Source: Octopus vulgaris
Lineage: Eukaryota
Length of the DNA stretch: 64,000 nucleotides
NCBI GenBank assembly: GCA_951406725.2
Contig: OX597837.1
Location: 10,478,001-10,542,000 of the forward strand
Direction: 5' to 3'
Each line of letters starts with the position of its first letter. Positions within the stretch are counted from its first letter, which is position 1. The notes below the pieces were generated by a model, which saw only the letters and a list, made by a program, of their open reading frames with translations, did no database searches and was not told the DNA's origin. The position numbers were made by a program, and so were the translations under genes. Below are positions 28,789 to 43,989 of the stretch, one piece after another.

Positions 28789-29015
28789 TATTTCTTTACT
28801 ACCCACAAGGGGCTAAACACAGACGGGACAAATAAGGACAGACAAACGGATTAAGTCGATTACATCGACCCCAGTGAACTGGTACTTAATTTATCGACCC
28901 CGAAAGGATGAAAGGCAAAGTCGACCTCGGCGGAATTTGAACTCAGAACGTAGCGGCAGACAAAATACCGCTAAGCATTTCGCCCGGCATGCTAACGTTT
29001 CTGCCAGCTCGCCGC
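28789..29015 (-). mobile_element. SINE family B, full-length copy (tRNA-derived)
   Basis: Minus reading: gcggcgagctggcagaaacgttagc (A-box-like), gagttcaaattcc (B box), central gcctttcatcctttcggggtcgataaattaagtaccag (resembles, from memory, the Meta/MESC conserved SINE domain), tail gggtagtaaagaaata. Confidence 0.9.
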
Positions 29016-29133
29016 TCGTGTGTATATATATATATATATACACACACACATACATATATATATATATACACACACACATACATATATATATATATACACA
29101 CACACATACATATATATATATACACACACATAC

Positions 29134-29173
<40 letters not shown>

Positions 29174-29638
29174 AAGTATGTGCATATACGTGTATGTATG
29201 TGTATATATATATATACACACATACATACACGTGTGCTCAGTCACGTCTGCAAACACACATACACACGTAAACATGTATTCACATATATGTATATAGTTA
29301 TGCATATATGTGTGCATGTTCATGTATGTATGTGTATATAGTAGAGCTAAATCGATGGATAGAGACAAACAAACAAAAATGATAGACAGACAGACAGACA
29401 GATAGATAGATAACCAATCATTCTCCTGAATAGATTAGCCATTAATTAATGCATCTGATGACAGACTAATCAGCGATGACTTGGGAGATGATCAATGCCA
29501 CCACAACACATCGAAACAATACTACAAAAAGAAACACTTCTACCTACACCACGTACATACAACCACCTGCCACCGTTCCCCTTCGGATATATACTGCCAC
29601 TATCGTAATATAATATGAATGGGTGTGTGAATAAAGAC

Positions 29639-29669
<31 letters not shown>

Positions 29670-29807
29670 CAGCTATGTAGGGAAACTATGTAGAAAAATA
29701 GATTTTCAAGGCTGTGCCACGTATTACTACTGTCCAATGACTGTGTATATTCTAATTATATGCGTGTATGTATGTATGTATGTATGCCTATATGTATATG
29801 GGAGAGA

Positions 29808-29848
<41 letters not shown>

Positions 29849-29889
29849 CTGTAATGGTCTAAGATAGATACATATATATATACATACAT

Positions 29890-29928
<39 letters not shown>

Positions 29929-29959
29929 CTGTAATGGTCTAAGATAGATACATATATAT

Positions 29960-29998
<39 letters not shown>

Positions 29999-30157
29999 CA
30001 TTATATATATATATATACATACATACATTATATATATATATATACATACATACATTATATATATATACATACATACATACATTATATATATATACATACA
30101 TACATTATATACATATATACATATACATACATACATTATATACATATATACATATAC

Positions 30158-30202
<45 letters not shown>

Positions 30203-30278
30203 TATATATATATATATATATACATACATACATATATATACATATATACATATACATACATACATTATATATATATAT

Positions 30279-30319
<41 letters not shown>

Positions 30320-30625
30320 CATTATATATATATATATATACATACATTATATATATATACATACATTATATATATATACATACATTCTATATATATATAT
30401 ATATATATACACATACATACATATATATATATATACATACACACATACATACATTATATATATACATATCTATATTCATTATATGTAGATTGTGTTGTAA
30501 ATATTAGAGAAAGGATGCATAATTTGCGATAAGCCTCTTTCAGTGTCCGCCCACCAAATTCATTACAGGCTCTTGATAGGCCCGGGGTTGTAAGAGAGGA
30601 AATTTACCCAAGGTTCAACTGAACC

Positions 30626-30717
30626 CTACTAACATCGATGGGAAGACAACAACTCTTTACACACACACACATACACACATATATATATACACGCTTATAT
30701 ATGACAGATACGTACAT

Positions 30718-30757
<40 letters not shown>

Positions 30758-30851
30758 CGGGAAGTATGTACGTATCTGTCATATATAAGCGTGTATATAT
30801 ATATGTGTATGTGTGTGTAAAGAGTTGTTGTCTTCCCATCGATGTTAGTAG
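30626..30851. repeat. Fold-back inverted repeat with ~90-bp arms
   Basis: 30626-30719 (ctactaacatcgatgggaagacaacaactctttac...cagatacgtacatac) is the reverse complement of 30764-30851, apart from CA-repeat length differences. The spacer contains (AT)n. Confidence 0.9.
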
Positions 30852-30996
30852 ATACACACATAAATATATACACATATCTTTGCGTGTAAACACAAAGGTC
30901 AACGATGAACGGTGTTCTTGCGAATCAGAATAACATATACCCACATATATACTTATATATACCCAGTAGCTTCGATGTAGACATCATTGCCAACAC

Positions 30997-31043
<47 letters not shown>

Positions 31044-31376
31044 AATAGACTATATTTGTCTACATATACATTATGCCGTTGTGAGTGCGTATATATAATT
31101 GTGAGTATGTATGTGTGTATGTATGTATATATATATATATATATATATATACAAACATAATACCAGTGTGTGTACTCAAACACACACATGCATATCTGCA
31201 GACTGGCACACGTGTCCGTACACGTGAATAACGAGTTTACATATGCGGATGTCTATACCTCTATCCATATATATTTAAATATATTATATATACATACGCA
31301 TAGATTGTCTATATTTTACACACGCATATTATATATACACACGCACCTGTAAACAAATACATATAAATGCCTACAT

Positions 31377-31417
<41 letters not shown>

Positions 31418-31561
31418 GGTGAAATTAATTAATTTGGAATAATCATTAATTACATTACTGAGATCTCCCTTTTAGTAGAAAGAATAGCTATAACTCTTTG
31501 ACTGCTATTTCTAAATTCGGTGTGTGGTGAGGCAATTCGTTGCTAAACCCTTAATTACTTA

Positions 31562-31639
<78 letters not shown>

Positions 31640-32393
31640 ACAATGTGCACGTATACGCGTATTGTGTGTACAAATATATATTTGTGTGTGCATGCGTGTA
31701 AGTGCGTGTCTAAGCATTATATAATGTGTAATAATATATTATGGATGTATGATTATATAATACGGACAGAGTCTCTCTCACTCGCTTTGTGTGCATTGAG
31801 CATTATTTATGTAGGGAAGGTGGGACAATCGCTGAGCGAAGGAGGGGGGGAGGCGAATATTGCAAAAGACCAATGAGATGGCAGGGAGAAGAGGAAGGGG
31901 GACAGACTGTGTCATGAAGGAGTGGGAGGGAGTTGTGTAGAGTGACGGTGAGAGGTAGGAGGAAAAAGGAGATCGCTACACAGTAGGAGGCAGAGAAGAA
32001 TGCAGACGGTAGGAGGCAGAGATAAGAGATGGGGAGGGAATGTATGGATGGGCTTAAAGTTTCTGGTTGAGTGAGTGAGAGATAAAGAGAGGGGGAGGGA
32101 GGAAAGGGTAGTAATTATATACAAAGTGGGAGGTGTACAGAGGAGCGGTAGCAGGTACACTGAGAGAGTGAGGCGGAGGAAGGAGTTAGCAACGTGGAAG
32201 AGATAGGAATGTACAGAGAGAGAGAAATAAAGGCATGGGGAAGGGGAGAGAGGAGATTCATTTCCGAGAAAGGAGAGAGTGAAGGAGTTATAGTGAGAGG
32301 TAGATCGAAAGAGGCGGACAGAGAAAGGGGGGGGGGATAATTTGCAAAGAGACGTATGTGTGTGTATGAGCGTATGTGTGCCTATACACATGC

Positions 32394-32427
<34 letters not shown>

Positions 32428-32589
32428 AGACGGAAACTGAAAGAAGCCCGTCACGTATATAGCTGTGTACGTGTGTGTGGATTTGTTGTAGCCCACGACA
32501 GCCCAACAATCGGTATTGGTGTGTTTACGTCCCCGACACCTAGCAGTTCGACATAGGTAACCGATAGAATATGGATGGAATATAGTTCT

Positions 32590-33870
<1,281 letters not shown>

Positions 33871-34883
33871 AATATCTGTTACTTGCTCCAATCATTTGAT
33901 GGCATCCATGCAGGGGTGACATCTTAGGTTTAAACCGAAACAGTCGAACCCCTATTTTTCAGATCTGGTGACATTTCATCGATATCTCTTGCCGAACCAC
34001 GACTTTGCGGGGACGTAAGCGAACAAACACCAGTTATCAAACAGTTGGGAGAGAAGAGAGACAGGCAGACAAAGATACACATACAAACACATATGTATGC
34101 ATAAACATACATAACTTAGTTTGACTTAACGGTTCGGTAAACGTAGCTTGATATATTAAGTACAAAGCTTTAAGGAACAGTACCAGGGTCGGTTCGTACG
34201 AGTAAAATATCTTGAAGGCGGAACACCCGCATGGCCGCAGTTTAAAGACCAAAAGAAGTAAAAGAAAAACATATTCGCGTGTATATGTGTGAGTATATAT
34301 GTGTGTGTGTGTGTGTGTGCGCGCGCGCTTACGCCGGGCTTCCTTAGAGCTTCCATCTACCAAATGCATTCCCAAGGATTTTGTGTTTTGCCCCACGTTG
34401 TCTCGAAGTGACCCTAAACCCAAAAACCACGTAGCGGCAAATGGACCTGCATATACATTTGTGTGTGTGTGTGTTTTATGTTTCGAGCCGAGGGTCTCTT
34501 GTCGGAGACGTAAGATGCATTGATGCAGAGACATCCGCCGGAGTACTTAGAGAAAGTGAGACAGACAGGAAGGAAACTTGGACGCTGGGTGGGGCAAATC
34601 GGCCCTAGTATATATATGATCAGGGTTTTTAGTTATCCATCCACAAATGATGGTAGGCAAAGTCTGACCAAGGTGGGATTGAAACCTGAAGAGCAGGGAA
34701 TCGAGTCGACATTCTAACCGACATGGCTGGGTCTAGAGCAGCAACAAATTAGTTCTGTACATATATACACCGTATACATACATACGGACGTTTGGGTGTG
34801 CATATGTGTATGCGTATAAAGGTATCTGCGAATATGCGGTCATGGAATATGTACGTTATATCGTGTATGTGTGTTTATATATA

Positions 34884-35000
34884 TCATCATCATCATCGTT
34901 TAGCGTCCGCTTTCCATGCTGGCATGGGTTGGACGGTTCAGAAGGCTGCACCAGGCCCAGTCTGATCTGGCAATGTTTCTACGGGTGGGTGCCCTCCCTA
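34884..35000 (-). mobile_element. Family C retroposon 3' fragment with (GAT)n tail
   Basis: catcatcatcatcgtttagcgtccgctttccatgctggcatgggttggacggttca is the reverse complement of the tail at 45510-45568. Confidence 0.8.
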
Positions 35001-35198
35001 ACTCTAAAACCCTTCCTGACAACCGATCGTGGTGTGTTTAGGTCCCCGTAACTTAGCGATTCGGCAAAAGAGACCGATAGAATATGTACTAGGCTTACAA
35101 AGAATAAGTCCTGGGGTCGATTTGATTCGACTAAAGGCGGTGCTCCAGCATGACCGAAACAAGTAAAAGTATAAAAGAACACACACAGATATATATAT

Positions 35199-35249
<51 letters not shown>

Positions 35250-35834
35250 ATACATGTGCGCTTGAGTGTATATACACATTGTGTGTGTGTGTGTGTTTTA
35301 TAGAATGGGAAAGAGAATGAAATTAGCAATTCTTTCCAGAGAATGCCTACCTAATCTACTACAAGTTGTTCTTTATACACACGTATATATATATATCTCC
35401 CTCCAATACACACACATACACACCAAATGCGTATTACGTATTAGCACAAAATAATACATACACACACATAGATACCTGTGTGTGTGTGTGTGCATATAAA
35501 TATATCAGATATGTACGCATATTTTAATATTTATCTTCGGCATAAGCGATATTAAAAAACCTGGTGTTATATGCAAATGCTGTTACGTATTCGACCCAAC
35601 GCTTTATTCTCAGCCATTTACATATTAAAACAAACGAGAATACCGAAAGCATTGCTTCAGTCACATAACGCCATTATTGTTAGAGTCGCAATCGGCGCCA
35701 TAACTCATTACGGATTCACTATTTGTTATTATTATTAACATTATTATTGTCATCATCATCATCATCGCATTAGAAACCAATACGTAGTGATACTACTTCT
35801 AAATGCTACGCCTACTCTCTCTCTCTCTCTCTAT

Positions 35835-35873
<39 letters not shown>

Positions 35874-35882
35874 CACACACAC

Positions 35883-35913
<31 letters not shown>

Positions 35914-36180
35914 CACACACACATCTATATACACACACATATATATATACATACACACACATATATATATACACACACACACACACATATATATATACAT
36001 ACATACACATACATGCACACACACACATAAACACACATATCTATATACATACACACACATATACACATATACACACACATACACACATATACACATTTAC
36101 ACATACATACGTGTACACATATCTACACACACACACACACATTTACACATACATACGTGCACACATATCTACATACACAT

Positions 36181-36236
<56 letters not shown>

Positions 36237-36954
36237 GCAAACATATACAGCCCCCTTCCTCCCCTCCCCCAGTTTCTCTCTCCGAAATCCGTTGAAAACT
36301 TTTGGGTCGGCTCCGAGGCTGTGTAGTTAGAGGGGACAAAGTAGCCATCACCCACTTGGGGACCGAACCCGATATCATTACGGTTGGCGAACAAGCGTTC
36401 TAACCACAAAACCACGCCTGCGCCTAAAAACGAAAGATCACACACACACACACACACGGAATAGCAAGCCGAATGCTACCGAGACTCGCTGCTTCCTTTT
36501 TCTCTCTTCAACTGACGAACGTTGGCCAATAACAAACACAACCAAAAACCATTTATTGCCTCGTATTTTCACAGCTACCGTGTGGGTGTGCACACTTCTC
36601 ACACTCGCCCTCTCTCATATAAGCATACATTACATACAATCTATATACATTAACTCTTTGCCGAGAACCAACCAGGCGCCGTTCTACTATTTTTCCTTCC
36701 CTCCCCCCGTACTCTTATCTTCTTATATGTACAGATTCGCTTTAAAACACTCCCCCAAACAAAAACACAGAATTCTATAGATTTTTCGCTTCTTGTTCGT
36801 CTTTTTTTTTTAGGAGGGCCGTACGTACGGAGTATTTAAAACATCTGTACACTACTTATATTTTACTTGCTTCGATTATTAGCCTGCAACCATTCTGGGG
36901 CATCGTCTACTGGGAATTTTTTGTCTAAGGAATCGTCGCTAGTATTTAGTTATC

Positions 36955-37101
36955 GGCGTATTGGTACCGGAAGTACCGGTTAAATTTCAAGAAAGTGTTT
37001 TTTTTATATATATGGTGGATTAGGGGTGGGGAAAAGGGTTTCTGTATTATCTTCGGAAACGTAAACAGAGCCACTTACGGTACCTATACCGAAGGATCGC
37101 C
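36955..37101 (-). mobile_element. MITE family M1, copy 2 (partial deletion in one TIR)
   Basis: ggcgta...ggtaccggaagtaccgg ... cggtacctataccgaaggatcgcc; flanks tagttatc / tagttgtc (8 bp, 1 mismatch). Inserted inside a family A SINE. Confidence 0.8.
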
Positions 37102-37487
37102 TAGTTGTCTTCTTTAAAGTTTAATGTTTGTTCTAAGAGTCTCCGGGAACGTAAATAGAACAACACCAGTCGTCAAGCGGCAGTTGACGAAAAACAGAGG
37201 CGCACAGACACACACACGCACACACAGAGGCTTCTTTTAGTTTCCGTCAATCAAATCCACTTCTAAGATTTTAGTTGGCCTGAGGCAACATTTGCCAGGA
37301 TTTGCCCAAATTGTTACGCAGTGGGACTGAACCCGGCACCGTGTGGTTGGGAAACAAACTTCCTACAGAGCCACGACGACAGACAGACAGACATTGCGTC
37401 GGCTCTCTGCTCACCAGGTTCGAATCCCATCTTGGTCAAACTTCGCCTATTATCCTTTGTGGATCGATATATATTTAGATATACTTT

Positions 37488-37885
37488 TTCTTGTTTCAAT
37501 CATGACTGCGGCCATACTGGAGCACCGTCTTGAAGTATTTTTTAGTATAACAAACCGACGCACTACTTAATTCGTATTTTTAAAGCCTGGTACTTATTCT
37601 ATCAGTCTCTTTGGTCGAACGTCTAAGTTACGAGAGCGAAAACACACCAACACCGGTTGTCAAATGGTAAAGGAGGAACAAACGCACAAACATTTTAATA
37701 CACACACACGTGTTTGTATATATTACACGGCAGGCTTCTTTCAGTTTCCCTCTATCAAATCCACTCACACGGTTTGGGTCGGTCCGAAGCCATAGTAGAA
37801 GGTACTAACCCAAGGTGCCACACAGTGGGACTGAACCCACAACCATGTGGTTGGGAAGCAAATTTCTTACCACACAGCCACGCCA
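37488..37885 (-). mobile_element. SINE family A, full-length copy
   Basis: gactgcggccatactggagcaccg ... cccaaggtgccacacagtgggactgaaccc ... cttaccacacagccacgcc. Confidence 0.85.
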
Positions 37886-37941
<56 letters not shown>

Positions 37942-38369
37942 TTTTATCTTGTGTTTCAGTATTCAGACTGCGGCCATGCTGACGCACTGCCTTGTAGATA
38001 GAATTTTAGTCGAACGAATCAACTCTTGCGTTGAATTATTCTTTCTTATTAAAGCCTGGTACTTATTCAAAGATATGCTAGTGTGCGCGCCTGTGTGTGT
38101 GTGTGTGTCTGTGTGTAGGGGGCACATACAAATACACGTGTTTGTTGACTGGTTACCTGTTTGGCAAGTAAGTGTTTTTCTTTTTATGTGAGAACGCGTT
38201 TTCAAAAACGGGCAACTATTTAAGATGGTAGGAAAGTCATTTTGTGTATTTAAGAAAACAAACAATAAAGTTTTTGTTGTCTGCCTTTGGACTTAAATAC
38301 CTCTGGGTGTGAGTCTGTGGGGGAGGGGTGGATGTTGATGTATGTGTGGGTGTGTGCGGGTGGATCTAG

Positions 38370-38800
38370 AAGCCAGGTTTGGAACCACGTGATTTCCGGT
38401 TTAGTCCAAGTGCACGCATTTTGGGCAAGTCTCTTTTATTATGTATGGCTCTGGTGTCTTCGGATGTGTTTGCCACCCCACACCCCCAAAACCGCTTGAC
38501 ATCCGCTGTTAGTCTGTTTATGTCCCTCTTAGTGAGAGGTTCGCTCGACATCCGTTGTTAGTCTGTTTATGTCTCTCTTAGTGAGAAGTTCGGCAAAACA
38601 AACGTGAGGGAGATGTGTGTGTCCACCACCACCACCGCTTGACAACCGATGTTGGTGTGTTTACGTCCCCGTAAACTAGCGGTTCTGCAAAAGAAAGCAA
38701 TAGCATAAGTCCTGCGATCGATTTCTTCCACTAAAAAGACCTTTCAAGACGCGGTGCACCAGCATGGCCGCAGTCGAATGACTGAAGCAAGTAAATGAAT
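38370..38800 (+). mobile_element. SINE family A, rearranged copy with an internal 48-bp duplication
   Basis: ttgggcaagtctctt; gacatccg.tgttagtctgtttatgtc x2; cgcttgacaaccgatgttggtgtgtttacgtccccgtaa; ccagcatggccgcagtcgaatgactgaa. Confidence 0.75.
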
Positions 38801-38828
38801 AAAATAGATGCGTACATAAAATGGATGT

Positions 38829-38880
38829 GGCGTAACTTCGATATAGGTACCAGAAGTACCGGATACATTTCAAGAAAGTG

Positions 38881-38914
<34 letters not shown>

Positions 38915-39008
38915 TGGTGGATTAGGGTTAATGGTGGGAGAAAGTGGTTTCTGTTATCTTCAGAAATGCCACTTCCGGTACTTACGGTACCTATACCGAA
39001 GGATCGCC
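38829..39008 (-). mobile_element. MITE family M1, copy 3 with perfect 9-bp TSD
   Basis: ggcgtaacttcgatataggtac ... gtacctataccgaaggatcgcc, flanked by aatggatgt (38820-38828 and 39009-39017). Confidence 0.9.
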
Positions 39009-39067
39009 AATGGATGTGTGTATATCACACATTTATTTACATATATACACGATTCATTTCTGTATGC

Positions 39068-39113
<46 letters not shown>

Positions 39114-39986
39114 TTACAAACGCATACACAAGTTCATGCGACTGCGCATGCGTGTGTGTTCGCGTGTGTGTAGTCTCACTCTGTTCCTAGCTTATTTCCT
39201 TTAACTCTCATTGGCCAAACACACCAACCAACAATTCCTGTTGCATGGCGTCAGGCAGTGAGCGCCTCTTCACCTCCGCCTCACCCTCCTCTCTATCACA
39301 TTATTCACAATGAAAGGGGGAGACGTCGTTGCCTTTGCTGTAAAGTGTTTAGCCTCTTTCTGGGTTGGGCACCATTACGCTTGCGCTGTAAAAGCCTTTT
39401 CTTCCCTCCTTCAATGTCGCTAACGAAAAATTCGGGGGAAACTGAAACCTGACTACCACGAAATGCATTCTTTCGTTTAAAGTTTCTGAATGGTCATTAT
39501 GCTCCCCCACACACCGACGCAGCCTTAATTTTTTTCTAGTTCATTCTCACATTAAAACTACTTCGATATGAAACTGCCGAAAAAAGAATAAGACCCTTTT
39601 TAAGTTTGCAGAATTTAAGACATATGCGATTTTATTGTGGGAGGGAACATTCTCTTTTCGCCGATCTTCATGTTCCGAAGTGGTTATTCTTCATGTTCCG
39701 AAGTGGTTATTCTGAGGTTGACTTTGCCTTATTCTTTCGAATAAATACCAACCAATTACAGGGGTTTTGTGTTTTGTGTTAATAATATCGTCTGTCACCA
39801 ACCCCTCCTAAAATTCCAGACCCTTATCGACACCTTACGTTGATTTCAAATTCCGATGAGTTCGACTTTGTTGTTCATGCTTTCAGGAACGATAAAATTA
39901 AATACCGGTAAATCTCCGAGACTGATGTAAACTGTCTCTTCCCCTCCCCTCAAAAAACTGCAAGCTCTGAAACCATTATTTTTAAG

Positions 39987-40570
39987 ACAGCGAGCTGGTA
40001 AAATCGTTAAGCACACCGGACTATGTTTAGTGGTAATACGTCCGTCTTTACGTTCTGAGTTCAAATTCCACCGAGGTCGACTTTGTCTTTCATCCCTTCG
40101 GGATCGATAAATTAAATACCAGTGAAACACTGGGGTTGAAGTAAATCGACTTGTCCCTTCCCCCAAAGTTCCAGGCCTTGTGCCTTTAGTACAGGGGTAT
40201 CCAAAGTGGTCAATAGCGACCCTGGGTGGAGGGACTGTTCAAAGGGTCGGTAATACACATCTAATTATTATTTGGGGGGTTGATGAGGGTGTCAAGGATT
40301 CCATGAAGGGGTCGATGGTCTAAAAAGTTTGGGGATCCCTGCTTTAGTAAAAAGGATTATTAGTGACTGGGGATTTGGCAGAATCGTTAGCACACCAGAC
40401 AAAATGCTTTGTGCTATTTCGTCCGTGTTTGCGTTTCGAGTTCAAATTCCTCGGGGGTCGACTTTGCCTTTCATCCTTTCGGAGTCAATAAAATAAAAAC
40501 CAGTCAAGGACTGGGGTTGATGTAACCGCACTGGCTCCCCCGACCTGCAAATTCTAGGCTTTGAGCCTAT
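39987..40570 (+). mobile_element. Two tandem SINE family B copies; the tail of the first is interrupted by a hAT MITE
   Basis: agcgagctggtaaaatcgttaagcac...gagttcaaattccaccgaggtcgactttg; second head tttggcagaatcgttagcac at ~40375. Confidence 0.85.
40192..40341. mobile_element. hAT-like MITE (150 bp)
   Basis: Termini caggggtatccaaa ... tttggggatccctg; perfect 8-bp TSD ctttagta (40184-40191 and 40342-40349). Confidence 0.9.
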
Positions 40571-40784
40571 CGTTCTAATTTCGCCGAGATCGACTTTGCC
40601 CTTCAGACGTGTGGTGGGGTGGGGAAATCGATCACATCGTCCCCCACTGCTTGACAGGGTCTATTTTATCGGCTCACACTCAGCAGAGATCATATTAGAG
40701 GACCGTCAGAAGCAACATTATAAATTCATGGAAGGGACATCGCTCCAGATCCATCCAACTTGGAAGAGATAATGCGATGGAACT

Positions 40785-41465
40785 TCATTAATCCACCACA
40801 ACTAATCTGTGATAGAAAAGATTTCACTAATCCACGGTAGAAACAGAGACATCAATCCATGACTGAGAGAGCTGTACTGATCAACGACACAGAGTCATTG
40901 AAGCATGACAGAATGCTAATGATAATTTTGATCCACGAGTCAGCGTCACTAATCCATGGCTGGGACAGGTGACGTTAATCCATGACTGCAACAGTTTCAC
41001 TAATCCATGACGGAACATGTTACTGTTGCATGGACACAGACTCACTGATGCATGACTGCTACTGATAATGTTAATCCGTGAGAGACAGCATCACTAATCC
41101 ATGGAAGAAACTGTGTTGCTAATCCATAACAGACATCGCCAATAATCCACGAGAGTCACTGTCGCTAATCTTCAGATTATCTGAACACTCCATAGACCAG
41201 TGGTTATAATAAACGATTATGATAATCGAGACACTTGTATTATAGACACCAGTAATTCAAATAAACCACCACCTGCCTAGATTAGTATTAATATACACGA
41301 CTACTAATCCAGATTTAAATTCAGCCACCAGAAAAGCCACATGTTAGTATTGATATAGACTGCTACTAATCCAGATTTAGATTAAATGACCAGGACTGCT
41401 GTCCTTGTGTCAAAATTTGAAACCAATATTAACTAATCCGGATCACAGATTAACTAATCCAGATC
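40785..41465 (+). repeat. Degenerate ~25-bp tandem repeat with conserved TAATCC core
   Basis: Exact TAATCC at 40789, 40828, 40950, 40976, 41001, 41072, 41095, 41120, 41143, 41305, 41367, 41434 and 41455; TAATCT at 40803 and 41166. Confidence 0.8.
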
Positions 41466-42665
41466 ACAACTTATTGTCATATTTTATCGCAGTATTCTAA
41501 GACAATAAATATTCTCTTATTCTTATACTTGCTCCAGTCATATGACAGCGGTCATGCTGGAGCAACACCTTGACGGACTTAGTCGAAAAGCTCCACCTTA
41601 GTACTTTCTTTTGTGTCTGGAACTTATTCTATCGGTCGGTTTTTTCCGAACCTCTAAGTTACGGGGAGGTAAAGAAACCAACACCGGTTTGTCAAGCGGT
41701 GGTTGATGAAAAACACGAACACACACACAACAGGCCATCGCTGTTTTCGAGATACCCCACTAAAATGCATGATGCTGTGGGGAGGAAATTATCTCAGAGA
41801 AAATCTACCTAAAGACACGCTGCCTTAAAAACACAATAAATCAAAGCGAAGAGAACATCGTCGCATCAGCGACTCAGAAGAACGTAAACGTGTTTCGCCT
41901 CTTTTCGACCTTGTTAATGATGTAAACCCTGCATCTGGGTTCACATGTCTAAACGAAACTGTGCCCCTCACCCCAAATGCTTTTAATATATCATGTCTAT
42001 ATAGAGATGGTCTCTCGGGTCAAAACCACAGCATTATGCCTTCCAAAAGTGTATATATACTTAAAGTATGACACAAATGAGAGTTTAAATTTAGTGTTTT
42101 CAGTTACGTGCACCAACATTCAGCAGAGATAATTAAAACATAATCACATTGAGATTGTGTCTAAGTGGACTTAGACATGCTTGTGCGATGTGTGTGTGGT
42201 TAAGAAGCTCGCTTCACGGCCATGTGGATTCGGGTTCAGTTTCGCTCCACAGCACATTATGCAACTCTTATCTACTATAAACTTGGGTTGACCCCATTTG
42301 TGAGTGAATTATACAGACAAACAGACAGACAGATCAATATGGTGCTGATGTGTGTGTATTTGTATACACCTTCTTGATACTGAATGATGGTTGTGAACAA
42401 GTATCACCGTCATATAAGCGGAGTTGTGCATTGCCAGTGTTCCCGTGGGGAAAACGTTTGTCTCAAAGGCGCATATTATCTTTCTTGGAAACGAGCGATT
42501 GTTAGTGACAGGAAAGGCTTTCGGCTGTAGAAAATCTGCCTCGACAAATTCGTCTGACCCATGCAAGTGGAGAAAAGGACGTTAAACGCAAATGATGATG
42601 ATGATGATGTAAATTTATCACAGAGCATCGGAGGTGGTGGGAGTTGGTCTATTGTCATTAAATTA

Positions 42666-42885
42666 CCTATTTCTTTATTACCCACAACAGGGGACAAACA
42701 AGGACAGACATAGGTATTAAGTCGATTACATCGACCCCAGTGCGTAACTGGTACTTAATTTATCAACCCCGAAAGGATGAAAGGCAAAGTCGACCTCGGC
42801 GGAATTTGAACCCACAACGTAACGGCAGGCGAAATACCGCTAAGCGTTTCGCCCGGCGTGCTAACGTTTCTGCCAGCTCGCTGCC
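42666..42885 (-). mobile_element. SINE family B, full-length copy
   Basis: Same head, centre and tail as 28789-29015. Confidence 0.9.
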
Positions 42886-43989
42886 TAACTTAAATTACCG
42901 AAAGGGAACAAGAGGAGAAGTGGGGAATAAAAATACAGGGGACACAAAAAAATCATGTGCGGGAAGGGGCTGGGTGTTTAGTGGGCAAGACAAGACAATG
43001 AGCCAAGAAGAGAAGATGCTAGAGAAGGATTTAAGAAATGGAGGAAATAGAAAAAGAGGGAGAGAGAGAGGAGCATGAAAGGGATATGAAGAAGTGGGGG
43101 GGGGGCGATGAATAAGGCTGAGGGGGGAAGGTGGGGGAGAAGAGGGAGGAAATAATGCTGTAAGTTCAATTGCTTTACAGTAAGTCTCTTTCTTCCTCTC
43201 CCTCCTTTATTTTCCTCGACAATTCAAAACCTCCTGACATCTGTTTCACCTGGTGACCTCCGCCCCCCACCAATCCCACTCCCGTCCTCATTATTATTCC
43301 CGCCAATCCCGTTTTTACATTTTTTCAGCTCTCCCTCATTATCTATCTGTTTTCTCATCAACAAAGCGTTTTCTTCGCAAAACCTTAACCGGAGTCAACA
43401 AACTTTGGTCGAAGCAAAAGAGTAAACTGCGTCCGACACGTGAAACTATGGCGGGGAGGAGGGGCGTTAAAACGATGACTTCGATGACGAAAACGACAAG
43501 GGCAATGATGAAGATGACGACGATAACAACAAGGCCGGTGGTGATGACGACGACAACGATTTGCATTCCCCACTTCAAACACCATCACCTGATCCTTCGG
43601 TGATTTTTACTGGAATTCCACTTCGTTGCAAGAATCCAAGATCAGATCGCAAAAGATCGCTAAATAAAACGTCTTGTCCAATAGTTTACCGAAACTTTTT
43701 TATCCAACAGCCTTATTTTTAACAAATGGGCGCAAGCATGGGCTGCAAATTTAAATATTGATTTACATGTATCATTTACCATAAGCCTAGGGTCACCCAT
43801 CCCTAGTTTAGTGAAACTGACAGCGGGTTTCGTTCAGTTTCACTCCGCTCATCCACCTCCTACTGTTGCTCTTTTTCCTTTTACTATCGACTTTCCTCCT
43901 CTTACATCTACTCCTTTTCGTTTTACAGCCGCCCTTTCTTCTCTCAACCCTATTCTTAGACCTCTCACTTCCTTTTACAAATCATACAG

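Noticed and set aside
29841-29960. Small local tandem duplications (also 33130-33330, 39665-39712, 53870-54080, 60260-60330)
   Set aside because: Ordinary slippage products next to microsatellites; no additional signal.
43253-43620. Acidic (D/N-rich) or hydrophobic reading frames
   Set aside because: Explained by a decayed (GAT/GAC)n repeat; the acidic frame is preceded by a stop and lacks a start or clear splice sites.
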